From contig CAWDDT010000007.1 of assembly GCA_963801165.1 (NCBI GenBank), positions 192,001-256,000 on the forward strand: a DNA stretch of 64,000 nt. The letters are read 5' to 3'. This stretch comes from an uncultured bacterium. GTDB lineage: Bacteria > Actinomycetota > Acidimicrobiia > Spongiisociales > UBA5794. This document shows positions 28,699-37,598 of the stretch, piece by piece. The position numbers and the translations under genes were made by a program. Positions within the stretch are counted from its first letter, which is position 1, and each line of letters begins with the position of its first letter. The notes beneath the pieces were generated by a model. The model was not told where the DNA came from. It did not search any database and worked only from the letters and a program-made list of their open reading frames with translations.

Positions 28699-30618
28699 AT
28701 GTCTGTGAGTAGGTACATCCGCCGTAGGTGGGGAATAGTTGCTGTGGCGCTCGTCGGTGCGTTGTTGGTTCCGGTCGGGCCGGCCGTCGCCGCCGAACCC
28801 GACACCGTATCGTTTGTCGGTGCCGGGTGGGGCCACGGGCTCGGGCTCAGCCAGTACGGGGCGTACGGGGCCGCTCGGGATGGATGGACCGCCGAGCGGA
28901 TCATCGAGCACTTCTACACGGGTTCCCACATCGGGACGATGGGGCAGGACGGTCTCGCCGCCAAAGAGAACCTCTGGGTCAACCTGGAGAAGGACCGCAG
29001 CGAGCTGCTGCTGATTGCAAAAGAGACGGGGCTGGTGTCACCCGCTGAGCCGGTCGTAGTGACCAGACACGAGGCAAGCGGTGACGTGAGCTGGGAGCTC
29101 GACAAGGACTACCGGCTTGCCATCACCTGGGACGATTCCAGCAGCACTTGCTCACTCGAGATCCAGGACCCATCCGGTGCAGTGGTCGAAACGCCGGGCT
29201 CGGGACCATGCAACGTCGACATCACCTGGGACGGCTGGGTCGACAAACCATCACGCAAGATTCAGATCGACGGTTGCTACAACATGGACTGGAACGCCGG
29301 GATCGACCGTCCCTGCGAATACGCCCGAGGCGACCTTCATCTCCGCTCCGGGCCGGGAGGGATGGACCTCTCGGTCGAGCTCGACATAGACGACTACGTG
29401 CTCGGCATCTCCGAGATGCCCTACTACTGGGGACTCCCCGAGTATGGAGGCTTCGAGGCACTGAAGGCCCAGGCCCTCGCCGCCAGGTCGTACGCCCGCG
29501 AGCTGCAGATCGCCCGACCCGCACCCGGGGACAACGTCTGTGCCGCCTGGTGCGACGTGCGGGACTCCACCGTCGACCAGCGGTACGTCGGCTGGGGCCA
29601 CGCCGGGAAGGGCATCGACGAATGGATCGCCGCGGTTGATGCCACCGCCGGGCAGGTGATCACTCATCCTGATGCCCCGAACGGCAACGTTGTCAGGGCC
29701 TACTACTCGTCCTCGAGCGGGGGATACACCGAGAACGTCAACGAGGTGTCCTCCGCATACCCCGCCCCGGTTGAGTACCTGTCCAGCGTCGACGACCCCT
29801 GGTCGCTCACCCCGCTCAACCCATACGACAGCTGGACCAGCACGTATAGCGCCGACTACGTCGCCCACAAGGTGTGGAGCGTCGCCGCCGCCGACGTGCT
29901 GGTGTTGGAATCGGCCCAGGTCGTTGAGCGGAACACGTCGACCAGTGCCCGCACCGTCGTGTTCACCGGCACCCTCAACGGTGCCCCGGTGACCAAGGAA
30001 CTGTCGGGGGCGAGCGTCGATGCGATGTTCGGTCTCCGCTCGAAGTACTTCGACGTCCAGTTCGGCGACACAGAACTGCCTCCGTTCGATGACATCAGTG
30101 GGTCGGTGCACTACGACGACATCGTCTACATCGCCGACCTCGGCGTCACCAAAGGCTGTAACCCGCCGACCAACACCGAGTACTGCCCCGACGACGTTGT
30201 TTCCCGGGGTGAGATGGCAGCCTTCCTGGTGCGGGCGCTCGGGCTCACCGACGACGGCGGCAAGGATTGGTTCAGCGACGACGACGGTTCGGTGTTCGAG
30301 GGTGACATCAACAAGCTCGCCCAGGCCGGTATAACCATGGGCTGCAACGCTGCCGGGACGAAGTTCTGCCCGGGTGACGCCGTCTCCCGGGGTGAGATGG
30401 CGGCCTTCCTGGTGCGGGCGTTCGGCTACAACGACCCGGGCGCAGGCAACTGGTTCACCGACGACGACGGGTCGATGTTCGAAGGCAATATCGACAGGCT
30501 GAAGGTCGCCGGCGTCACTGTGGGGTGCAACCCGCCGACCAATGACCACTACTGCCCCGACAGTCCGGTGCAGCGTGACCAAATGGCCTCATTCCTGGCC
30601 AGGGCCCTCCGCAGCTGA
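28699..30618 (+). CDS. Secreted SpoIID/LytB-domain protein with three SLH-like domains
   Basis: GAGWGHGLGLSQYGA, SEMP, EALKAQALAARSYA, YYSSSSGGYTE, GLRSKYF. Start is uncertain (28684/28699/28705). Confidence 0.88.
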   Translation: MSVSRYIRRRWGIVAVALVGALLVPVGPAVAAEPDTVSFVGAGWGHGLGLSQYGAYGAARDGWTAERIIEHFYTGSHIGTMGQDGLAAKENLWVNLEKDRSELLLIAKETGLVSPAEPVVVTRHEASGDVSWELDKDYRLAITWDDSSSTCSLEIQDPSGAVVETPGSGPCNVDITWDGWVDKPSRKIQIDGCYNMDWNAGIDRPCEYARGDLHLRSGPGGMDLSVELDIDDYVLGISEMPYYWGLPEYGGFEALKAQALAARSYARELQIARPAPGDNVCAAWCDVRDSTVDQRYVGWGHAGKGIDEWIAAVDATAGQVITHPDAPNGNVVRAYYSSSSGGYTENVNEVSSAYPAPVEYLSSVDDPWSLTPLNPYDSWTSTYSADYVAHKVWSVAAADVLVLESAQVVERNTSTSARTVVFTGTLNGAPVTKELSGASVDAMFGLRSKYFDVQFGDTELPPFDDISGSVHYDDIVYIADLGVTKGCNPPTNTEYCPDDVVSRGEMAAFLVRALGLTDDGGKDWFSDDDGSVFEGDINKLAQAGITMGCNAAGTKFCPGDAVSRGEMAAFLVRAFGYNDPGAGNWFTDDDGSMFEGNIDRLKVAGVTVGCNPPTNDHYCPDSPVQRDQMASFLARALRS

Positions 30619-30664
30619 CCGAACCGCTCTACACTCCAGCCGACCGCGCACTATGGGGATTGTG

Positions 30665-31963
30665 ATGCAGAATGATCGCGCTCGCTTTTTCGCCGAAGAG
30701 AGATGGACAGGGGGAGTCATCGGTCTCGGCTATGTCGGGCTGCCGCTTGCGGTGACGATGGTGCAACACGGGCTGAAAGCGATCGGATTCGATCGTTCCG
30801 AACACCGTGTCGCCCTGCTGAAGAGCGGGGTGTCCCCGGTAGAGGACGTCAGCGACGAGGAGCTGGCAGCAGCACTCGAAGCCGGGCTGGAGATAACCGG
30901 TGATGAGGCCGATCTCGGTAAAGCGGACGCCCTGTTCATCTGTGTACCCAGCCCGCTCGGTCGGAACCGGGAGCCGGACCTGTCCTACATCAAGTCGGCC
31001 GCCGATACCGTCGAGGGTGTGGTCAAACCGGGCATGCTGGTCTCGCTCGAGTCGACGACGTATCCCGGGACGACCGATGACATCATCGTCCCGGCCGTCA
31101 CCAGCCGGGGGCTGGTACCCGACGAGGACGTCTACGTTGCCTTCTCCCCGGAACGGGTATCGCCCGGCGCCGAGATGAAGACCGGCGACATCCCCAAGGT
31201 CGTTGGAGGCATTTCGCCGATTTCGACGGAGGTCGCCGCGGCCGCATATTCGCGGGTGGTCGCTTCGGTTCATCCCGTCTCGTCGGCCCGCGCCGCCGAG
31301 ATGGCCAAACTGCTCGAGAACACCTACCGGGCGGTCAATATCGGGCTCATCAACGAGATGGCCCAGTTGGCGCACGAGCTCGACATCTCGATTTGGGAGG
31401 TCGTCGATGCCGCGGCGACCAAGCCATTCGGCTTCCACGCTTTCTACCCCGGGCCCGGAGTCGGCGGCCACTGCATCCCCCTCGATCCGCAATTCCTGGC
31501 GTGGCGGGCCAAGGAAGCCAACTTCGCCACCCGGTTCATCGACCTCGCCGAGCAGGTGAACACCAAGATGCCGGAGTACACCGCAACCCGTGTGGCCGAC
31601 CTTCTCAACCGGCACGGCAAGCCCGTCTTTGGCACGAGGATTCTCGGCGTTGGCATCGCCTACAAGCCCGATGTCGCCGATGATCGGGAGTCCGCGTCGA
31701 TCGAGGTTCTCAGGGAGCTGCAACGGCGCGGTGCCGAAATCGGGGTGCTCGACCCGATCGTGGGTGCGGAGCGGATCGAGAGCCACGGCTTCACCGCCGT
31801 CGCCGAAGATGCTCCACTCGACGGGTTTGCCATTGCAGTACTGCTGACGGACCACAGCACGCTCGACCTCGAGAGGATCGCCGCCGAGGTGCCCCTGGTG
31901 CTCGACACCCGCGGCGCCTACCGCCGCCGGGGCGTCGAATCGGGGAACGTCGAATCGCTGTGA
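30665..31963 (+). CDS. Nucleotide-sugar (UDP-N-acetylhexosamine) 6-dehydrogenase, WbpA/WecC-like
   Basis: GLGYVGLP, LESTTYPGTT, FSPERVSPG, KLLENTYRAVNI, GPGVGGHCIPLDP. Start 30653 or 30665. Confidence 0.92.
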   Translation: MQNDRARFFAEERWTGGVIGLGYVGLPLAVTMVQHGLKAIGFDRSEHRVALLKSGVSPVEDVSDEELAAALEAGLEITGDEADLGKADALFICVPSPLGRNREPDLSYIKSAADTVEGVVKPGMLVSLESTTYPGTTDDIIVPAVTSRGLVPDEDVYVAFSPERVSPGAEMKTGDIPKVVGGISPISTEVAAAAYSRVVASVHPVSSARAAEMAKLLENTYRAVNIGLINEMAQLAHELDISIWEVVDAAATKPFGFHAFYPGPGVGGHCIPLDPQFLAWRAKEANFATRFIDLAEQVNTKMPEYTATRVADLLNRHGKPVFGTRILGVGIAYKPDVADDRESASIEVLRELQRRGAEIGVLDPIVGAERIESHGFTAVAEDAPLDGFAIAVLLTDHSTLDLERIAAEVPLVLDTRGAYRRRGVESGNVESL

Positions 31964-33024
31964 GCCAGAGGCTGCTCGTCGTCTCAACAGTCCATCCTGC
32001 CGACGATCCCCGTATCAGGGCAAAGCTGATCGGTACCCTTCGGGAAGAGTGGGACGTCGTGTTCGCCGGCAAGGGGAGCGGTCCCATCGACCGGAGCGGG
32101 ATCACCTGGAGGGAGCTTCGTGGCGGCAGGGCCCGTCGCTGGCTTGCGGCCGCCTATCTCCTGTTGTGGCATGACTACGACGTCGCTTCGCTCCATGATC
32201 CCGAGCTGCTGCCGCTCGGGCTGCTGGCGACATTGCGGCATCGCAGAGTCGTGTTCGATGTGCACGAGAACGTGCCTGCCCAGCTCCGTACCAAGGAGTG
32301 GCTCCCCAAGCTGTTACGCCGGCCGCTGGCGGGCGTGGTGGGCTGGCTGCTGAGGGTTGCCGAACGCCGGATGGCGATCACGCTGGCTGAGGCCGGGTAC
32401 GCCGGGCTGTTCCGGGAGCCCCACCCCGTGTTCCCTAACTATCTGGCGGGCGCCCCACCGGAACCACGCGACCCCGATCCCGAGGTTGGCATCGTGTATC
32501 TGGGCGATGTGACTGAGGCACGAGGGCTGGCAGTAGCGGTGGAGGCGGCGGGACGTTCCGGTGTCGCCGGGTTCACGATCATGGGTAGGTGCACGCCCGG
32601 GTTCCGGACCCGGCTGCTCGACATTGCATCCGGGCACGGCCTCGAGCTGCGGTTCCACGGGTTCGTGGCCCCGGACAGGGCTCTCGAGATCGCCTCCGGT
32701 GCGACCCTGGGGCTCTCCCCGCTGCTCGACACGCCCAACTACCGGCATTCGCTACCAACCAAGGTTCTCGAGTATCTCGCCGTCGGGGTACCCACCCTCG
32801 CTTCGGATCTTCCCGGAACCAGGACGGTCGTCGCCGGGCGACCGGGTGTGGTGCTGGTAACGCCGGGTGATGTCGAGGCCTGGGCCAGGGAGATGGCGGC
32901 CGCGGTGGCCGATTCCGACCTGCGTTTGGCGGCCCGCGACGGCGTATCCGCAATCCTGGAGCAGTTCGTGTGGCCGGCGGACGAGGTGCGAGCTTTCTAT
33001 CGCTCCCTCACCCCGCCGGTGTGA
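31960..33024 (+). CDS. GT4 glycosyltransferase
   Basis: STVHPADDPRI, LHDPELL, FDVHE, SLPTKVLEYLAVGVP. Confidence 0.88.
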   Translation: MSQRLLVVSTVHPADDPRIRAKLIGTLREEWDVVFAGKGSGPIDRSGITWRELRGGRARRWLAAAYLLLWHDYDVASLHDPELLPLGLLATLRHRRVVFDVHENVPAQLRTKEWLPKLLRRPLAGVVGWLLRVAERRMAITLAEAGYAGLFREPHPVFPNYLAGAPPEPRDPDPEVGIVYLGDVTEARGLAVAVEAAGRSGVAGFTIMGRCTPGFRTRLLDIASGHGLELRFHGFVAPDRALEIASGATLGLSPLLDTPNYRHSLPTKVLEYLAVGVPTLASDLPGTRTVVAGRPGVVLVTPGDVEAWAREMAAAVADSDLRLAARDGVSAILEQFVWPADEVRAFYRSLTPPV

Positions 33025-33048
33025 GGCGCCCGCCAGCCCTGTCGCGTG

Positions 33049-34008
33049 TCACGCGCGTCCGATCAGGAACCCGAGGCCCCAGGAGACATGCATCACCGCC
33101 GCTGCAAGCGGAAAGCCGAGTGCGGCCGTATCCCTGGTGCGAACCAGCTGCGCCAGGGTGCTCAGCGCCAACAAGGCGACGTAGGCGCCCGGCACGATGA
33201 GCCCGACAAGACGCCACGGGGTGAGAGCCAGCACCAGGGATGCCAGCAGTGCGACGACGAAGATCGGTGGCACCAGTTGGCGGACCCGGGTCGCCTCGGG
33301 ATGCTTCCGCACCACCTGACGCTTCCAGGTCCCGTACTGGTAGTACTGGCGCCACAGGGCGCCGAGCGAGCGGCGGGGGTGGTACACGACCTGGAGCGTG
33401 GGGTCGAACCAGACGACACCGCCGTTGTCCCGCAACCGGATGTTGAGCTCGTAGTCCTGGTTGCGGGTGAGGGTCTCGTCGAACGAACCCGCAGCGAGCA
33501 ACGCCGTCCGGCGGAAGACACCTAAGTAGACGGTGTCGGTGGGACCGGGTTTCCCGCCGTAGTGGAAGCGGGCGTCACCAACACCGATCCGCGACGTCAT
33601 AGCCTGGGCGACCGCCCGTTGCATCCATCCGGTGCCCGTGGCGCGCTGGACCCCGCCCACGTTCACGGCGCCGGTCTTGTCGAGGATCTCAACCGCGGTC
33701 CTGATGTACGCCGGGGGGAGCTCGGCGTGACCGTCACAGCGCACGATGATGTCGCCGCGAGCGGCAGCTACGGCCAGATTCAACCCGTTCGGGGTGCGCC
33801 CCGTGGGGTTGTCGACATACCGGACGCGATCGTCCGCCCGCACGATGTGTTCCAGGAGGTCCCGTGTCCCGTCGTCGCTCATTCCGTCGGCGACGACGAC
33901 TTCGATCGGTCCCGGGTAGTCCTGGGCCCGTATCGAATCGATCGTTGCTTCGAGGAACCGGGCCTCGTTCCTGACCGGGATGATCACCGAGACGAGCGGC
34001 TCACCCAT
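33049..34008 (-). CDS. GT2 glycosyltransferase (ExoA-like) with C-terminal TM helices
   Basis: VSVIIPVRNE, DGMSDDGT, RCDGH, RNQDYELNIRLR, QYYQYGTWK. Confidence 0.9.
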   Translation of the reverse strand: MGEPLVSVIIPVRNEARFLEATIDSIRAQDYPGPIEVVVADGMSDDGTRDLLEHIVRADDRVRYVDNPTGRTPNGLNLAVAAARGDIIVRCDGHAELPPAYIRTAVEILDKTGAVNVGGVQRATGTGWMQRAVAQAMTSRIGVGDARFHYGGKPGPTDTVYLGVFRRTALLAAGSFDETLTRNQDYELNIRLRDNGGVVWFDPTLQVVYHPRRSLGALWRQYYQYGTWKRQVVRKHPEATRVRQLVPPIFVVALLASLVLALTPWRLVGLIVPGAYVALLALSTLAQLVRTRDTAALGFPLAAAVMHVSWGLGFLIGRA

Positions 34009-34519
34009 CGCCACTTCCCGCGAGATCGACCGCCTTGCGCATCCACGCGGCTCCAACGTCACCAAATGGCTCGTGACCGCTCTCCACAGCGATGGCGATC
34101 CGCGCCGTCGCTGCCCGAGCAGTGTCGACCAACCGCGGCGGGTACTCCATCTCGGCCCGGTGCCGCACGAATTCGTCCTCGTCGAGGACCTCGACCGTGC
34201 CGTCCGCCAGCCTCATCACGTCGAGATCGAGATCCACCATCGTCACCGTTGCCCCTTGCCAGACCGGTGGGGTGATGATGTCGACGTATAGGTCGATCCG
34301 GCGTTCATGAGACCAAATGGCAGTCCACCACTTGTCCTCCGGAATCAGCTTGACGTTGACCGCAGGCGACTTCTGCACCGGCTCGTCACCGCGCTGCATC
34401 TCCGTTCCGGGCGGCGACCACAACCAGAGACCGTACTCGTCCTCACCGAGCCGGTTCATGGTGAACTGCCAGTGACGCCGGCCGTCCCACTTCCTGAAGT
34501 CGATGTGAACGGTATCCAC
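34001..34519 (-). CDS. DUF402 (FomD-like) domain protein
   Basis: FRKWDGRRHW, YVDI, VDLDLDV, LDEDEF. Confidence 0.85.
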   Translation of the reverse strand: MDTVHIDFRKWDGRRHWQFTMNRLGEDEYGLWLWSPPGTEMQRGDEPVQKSPAVNVKLIPEDKWWTAIWSHERRIDLYVDIITPPVWQGATVTMVDLDLDVMRLADGTVEVLDEDEFVRHRAEMEYPPRLVDTARAATARIAIAVESGHEPFGDVGAAWMRKAVDLAGSGDG

Positions 34520-34546
34520 TGTCCCGGGACTGTAGCTACCCGCGTG

Positions 34547-35566
34547 CTACTCGATCGTCCAGGTGCCGTGCTGTTCGACGAGGTCGGCTATGGATGTTGC
34601 CTTGTTGCGGTCCTTGGCCTGCTCGATCTGAGCGCGCAGGAGGTCTCCGTAAGTGTCCCGTTGCACGTTGCGGAATATGCCGATCGGTGTCGGGCCGGTC
34701 GGGCCGTGAGACAGCCGGCTGAGAGCAAAGGCAATGCCGGGATTCGGCCGGGTCGGATCATGGACCTGAATCGCATCCAGCCCAACATCCTCCACCCGGA
34801 CGATCTTCGCTCCGTCGATGCCGAGGACGACCCCCATCTCGTTGTTTTCCCCAAAGACGATTCGCTCGCCCGGTTCGAGATAGATCCGGTTGGTGTCGCG
34901 TACTTCGCGGCCGGTCAAGAGTTGGAACGCCTTGTCGTTGAAGACGTTGCAGTTCTGATAGATCTCGATAAAGGCCGTGCCGTGATGCTCGTATGCCGCT
35001 TCGAGGATCTTCGTTGTGTGGTCACGGTCCATGTCGATCGTTCTGGCGACGAAGGTGGCTTCGGCGCCGAGGGCCAGGCTCACCGGACTGAAGGGGTAGT
35101 CGAGTGACCCCATCGGGCTCGTCTTGGTCTTCTTCCCAGTTTCGCTGGTTGGCGAGTACTGCCCCTTGGTCAACCCGTAGATCTGGTTGTTGAACAGCAA
35201 GACCTTCAGGTTCACGTTGCGCCGCAGCGCATGGATGATGTGGTTGCCGCCGATCGAGAGGGCATCGCCGTCGCCGGTGATCACCCACACCGTGAGGTCA
35301 GGGTTGGCGAGAGCGACGCCGGTAGCCACGGCAGGGGCGCGGCCGTGGATCGAGTGGATGCCATAGGTGTTCATGTAATACGGGAAACGTGACGAACAGC
35401 CGATGCCCGACACGAACACGTGCTTCTCCCTGTCGAAGTCGAGAGTCGCCAGGAGGTTCTGCACCGAGGCGAGGATGGTGTAGTCGCCGCAACCGGGACA
35501 CCACTTCACCTCCTGGTCCGACTGGAAGTCGGCTCTCGTGTAGCGGGGTTCAGTGGTGGTTGTCAT
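34547..35566 (-). CDS. korB: 2-oxoacid:ferredoxin oxidoreductase beta subunit
   Basis: WCPGCGDY, SGIGCSSRFPYY, TPP motif GDGDALSIGGNH...NNQIYGLTKGQ. Confidence 0.95.
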   Translation of the reverse strand: MTTTTEPRYTRADFQSDQEVKWCPGCGDYTILASVQNLLATLDFDREKHVFVSGIGCSSRFPYYMNTYGIHSIHGRAPAVATGVALANPDLTVWVITGDGDALSIGGNHIIHALRRNVNLKVLLFNNQIYGLTKGQYSPTSETGKKTKTSPMGSLDYPFSPVSLALGAEATFVARTIDMDRDHTTKILEAAYEHHGTAFIEIYQNCNVFNDKAFQLLTGREVRDTNRIYLEPGERIVFGENNEMGVVLGIDGAKIVRVEDVGLDAIQVHDPTRPNPGIAFALSRLSHGPTGPTPIGIFRNVQRDTYGDLLRAQIEQAKDRNKATSIADLVEQHGTWTIE

Positions 35567-37434
35567 GACTGGTCCTCGAGTAGCTCGATGATCTTCTTGG
35601 TCACCTCGTTGGCCATGAACGGCGCCCCTTGCACCTTGGAAAGGGTCACCGCCGGAGTGAGATACCTGGCACGGAGCAGCGCGGACAGCTGGCCCAGATT
35701 CAACTCGGGTACCAGCACCTTCTCGTAGCCGGCGAGAACCTCGCCCAGGTTCTTGGGGAACGGGTTCAGATGGCGGAGATGCACGTGGGCGGTTGGGTAT
35801 CCGTCCCTATTGGCGTTGTTGACACCGGCACGAACGCTGCCGTACGTCGATCCCCAGGACACGACGAGAAGCCGAGCATCGTCGGGGCCGTGAACCTCCG
35901 CTTCCGGGATATCGTCGGCGATGCCGGCGATTCTTGCGGCGCGGGCGGCAACCATGAGCTCGTGGTTGTCCGGGTCGTAGGATACGTTACCGGTCAACGC
36001 CTGCTTCTCGAGACCTCCGACCCTGTGCTCCAGACCGGGCGTCCCCGGGATCGCCCACGGCCGGGCGCCGGTCTTCGGATCGCGGGCATACGGGTAGAAC
36101 ACACCATCCGGGCCGTTCACCTCGGTGGCGTAGTGGACGTCGTGCTTGGGGAGATGATCGAAGTCGGGCACCCGCCACGGCTCGGCCCCATTGGCCAGAT
36201 AGCCGTCGGAGAGCAGGATCACCGGGGTCATGTACTTCAAAGCGATCCGGGCCGCCTCCATGGCCGTCGCAAACGCGTCGCTCGGCGATCGCGGCGCCAC
36301 GATCGGCAAGGGCGCCTCGCCGTGACGGCCGTACATGGCCATCATCAGGTCGGCTTGCTCCACCTTGGTGGGCATGCCGGTCGATGGGCCGGCCCTCTGC
36401 ACGTCGATCAAGATGAGTGGCAGTTCCGTCATCACCGCGAGGCTCAGGGTCTCGCTCTTGAGTGCAAGGCCGGGTCCCGACGTCGTGGTCACGGCAAGAT
36501 GGCCGGCAAACGCAGCGCCGAGTGAAACGCCGATGGCGGCGATCTCGTCCTCTGCCTGGAATGTCTTGATTCCGAAATGCTTCAGCCTGGCGATCTCTTC
36601 GAGGATCGAGGTGGCCGGTGTAATCGGATACGAGCCGAGGAACAGAGTCAACCCGGCGGACTGAGCTGCCGCCACCAGGCCCCACGCCAGCGCCTGGTTG
36701 CCGGTGATGGTGGTGTAGGTACCGGAAGGCAGCTGAGCCGGAGGAACCGCGTAAGTGTGATGGAACTCCTCGGTGGTGTTCCCGAAGTTGAATCCGGCGC
36801 GGAAAGCTTCGATGTTGGCCTGGCCCACGGGCGTGTCGGCGCCGAACTTCTGCCGCACCCAATCGAGGGTCGGCTCGGTCGGCCGGTTGAACATCCATGA
36901 GATCAGCCCGAGAGCGAAGAAGTTCTTCGAGCGGAGAACGTTGCGTCCTTTGACCCCTGTGGTGGCGACTGCGAGTTTGGTCAGTTTCTCCATCGGGGCC
37001 GTCATCACGTGATAGCCCGAAAGGCTGCCGTCGGTGAGCGGATTGCTCGTGTACCCGGCCTTGTCGAGGTTGCGGTCGTCGAAGGCATCCTCGTTGGCGA
37101 GAATCAGCCCGCCGGAGGCGACGTCGCGGAGGTTTGCCTTGAGGGCGGCCGGGTTCATGGCAACGAGCACGTCTGGCTCGTCGCCATGGGTCAGAATGTC
37201 CCAATCGGCGATGTGGACTTGGAACGACGACACACCGGCGATGGTTCCCTGGGGCGCCCGGATCTCCGCCGGATAATCGGGGAAAGTCGCGAGATCGTTG
37301 CCGAACGCAGCGGAGGACTCGGTGAAGCGGGCCCCGGCGAGTTGCATTCCGTCACCGGAATCGCCGGCGAAACGGATGACCACCCGGTCTCGCTTTTCGG
37401 GTGATATCGGTGGAGACAGAGTGTCTTCCTGCAT
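35563..37434 (-). CDS. korA: 2-oxoacid:ferredoxin oxidoreductase alpha (gamma-alpha fused) subunit
   Basis: IRFAGDSGDGMQL, GSYPITPA, QAEDEIAA, TSGPG, QRAGPSTGMPTK. Start approximate. Confidence 0.95.
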   Translation of the reverse strand: MQEDTLSPPISPEKRDRVVIRFAGDSGDGMQLAGARFTESSAAFGNDLATFPDYPAEIRAPQGTIAGVSSFQVHIADWDILTHGDEPDVLVAMNPAALKANLRDVASGGLILANEDAFDDRNLDKAGYTSNPLTDGSLSGYHVMTAPMEKLTKLAVATTGVKGRNVLRSKNFFALGLISWMFNRPTEPTLDWVRQKFGADTPVGQANIEAFRAGFNFGNTTEEFHHTYAVPPAQLPSGTYTTITGNQALAWGLVAAAQSAGLTLFLGSYPITPATSILEEIARLKHFGIKTFQAEDEIAAIGVSLGAAFAGHLAVTTTSGPGLALKSETLSLAVMTELPLILIDVQRAGPSTGMPTKVEQADLMMAMYGRHGEAPLPIVAPRSPSDAFATAMEAARIALKYMTPVILLSDGYLANGAEPWRVPDFDHLPKHDVHYATEVNGPDGVFYPYARDPKTGARPWAIPGTPGLEHRVGGLEKQALTGNVSYDPDNHELMVAARAARIAGIADDIPEAEVHGPDDARLLVVSWGSTYGSVRAGVNNANRDGYPTAHVHLRHLNPFPKNLGEVLAGYEKVLVPELNLGQLSALLRARYLTPAVTLSKVQGAPFMANEVTKKIIELLEDQS

Positions 37435-37598
37435 GGTGGAAGCTCCTATGGTGGCTCTTTTCGGCCACGGCTTGCCTGGCTTGCTCGATCGTGCCGCAAC
37501 ACGGCACGGACCGATCACCAGTCTATGCACAAACAGGTCTGAGAGAAACGTTATCGCGACGAGTCAACATTTTGCTGAAAGCACCACAAACCGGTGAT

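Noticed and set aside
28679-28709. Short tandem duplication GGACTATGTCTGTGAG at the SpoIID gene start
   Set aside because: Only two copies. It makes the start codon ambiguous but supports no functional claim.
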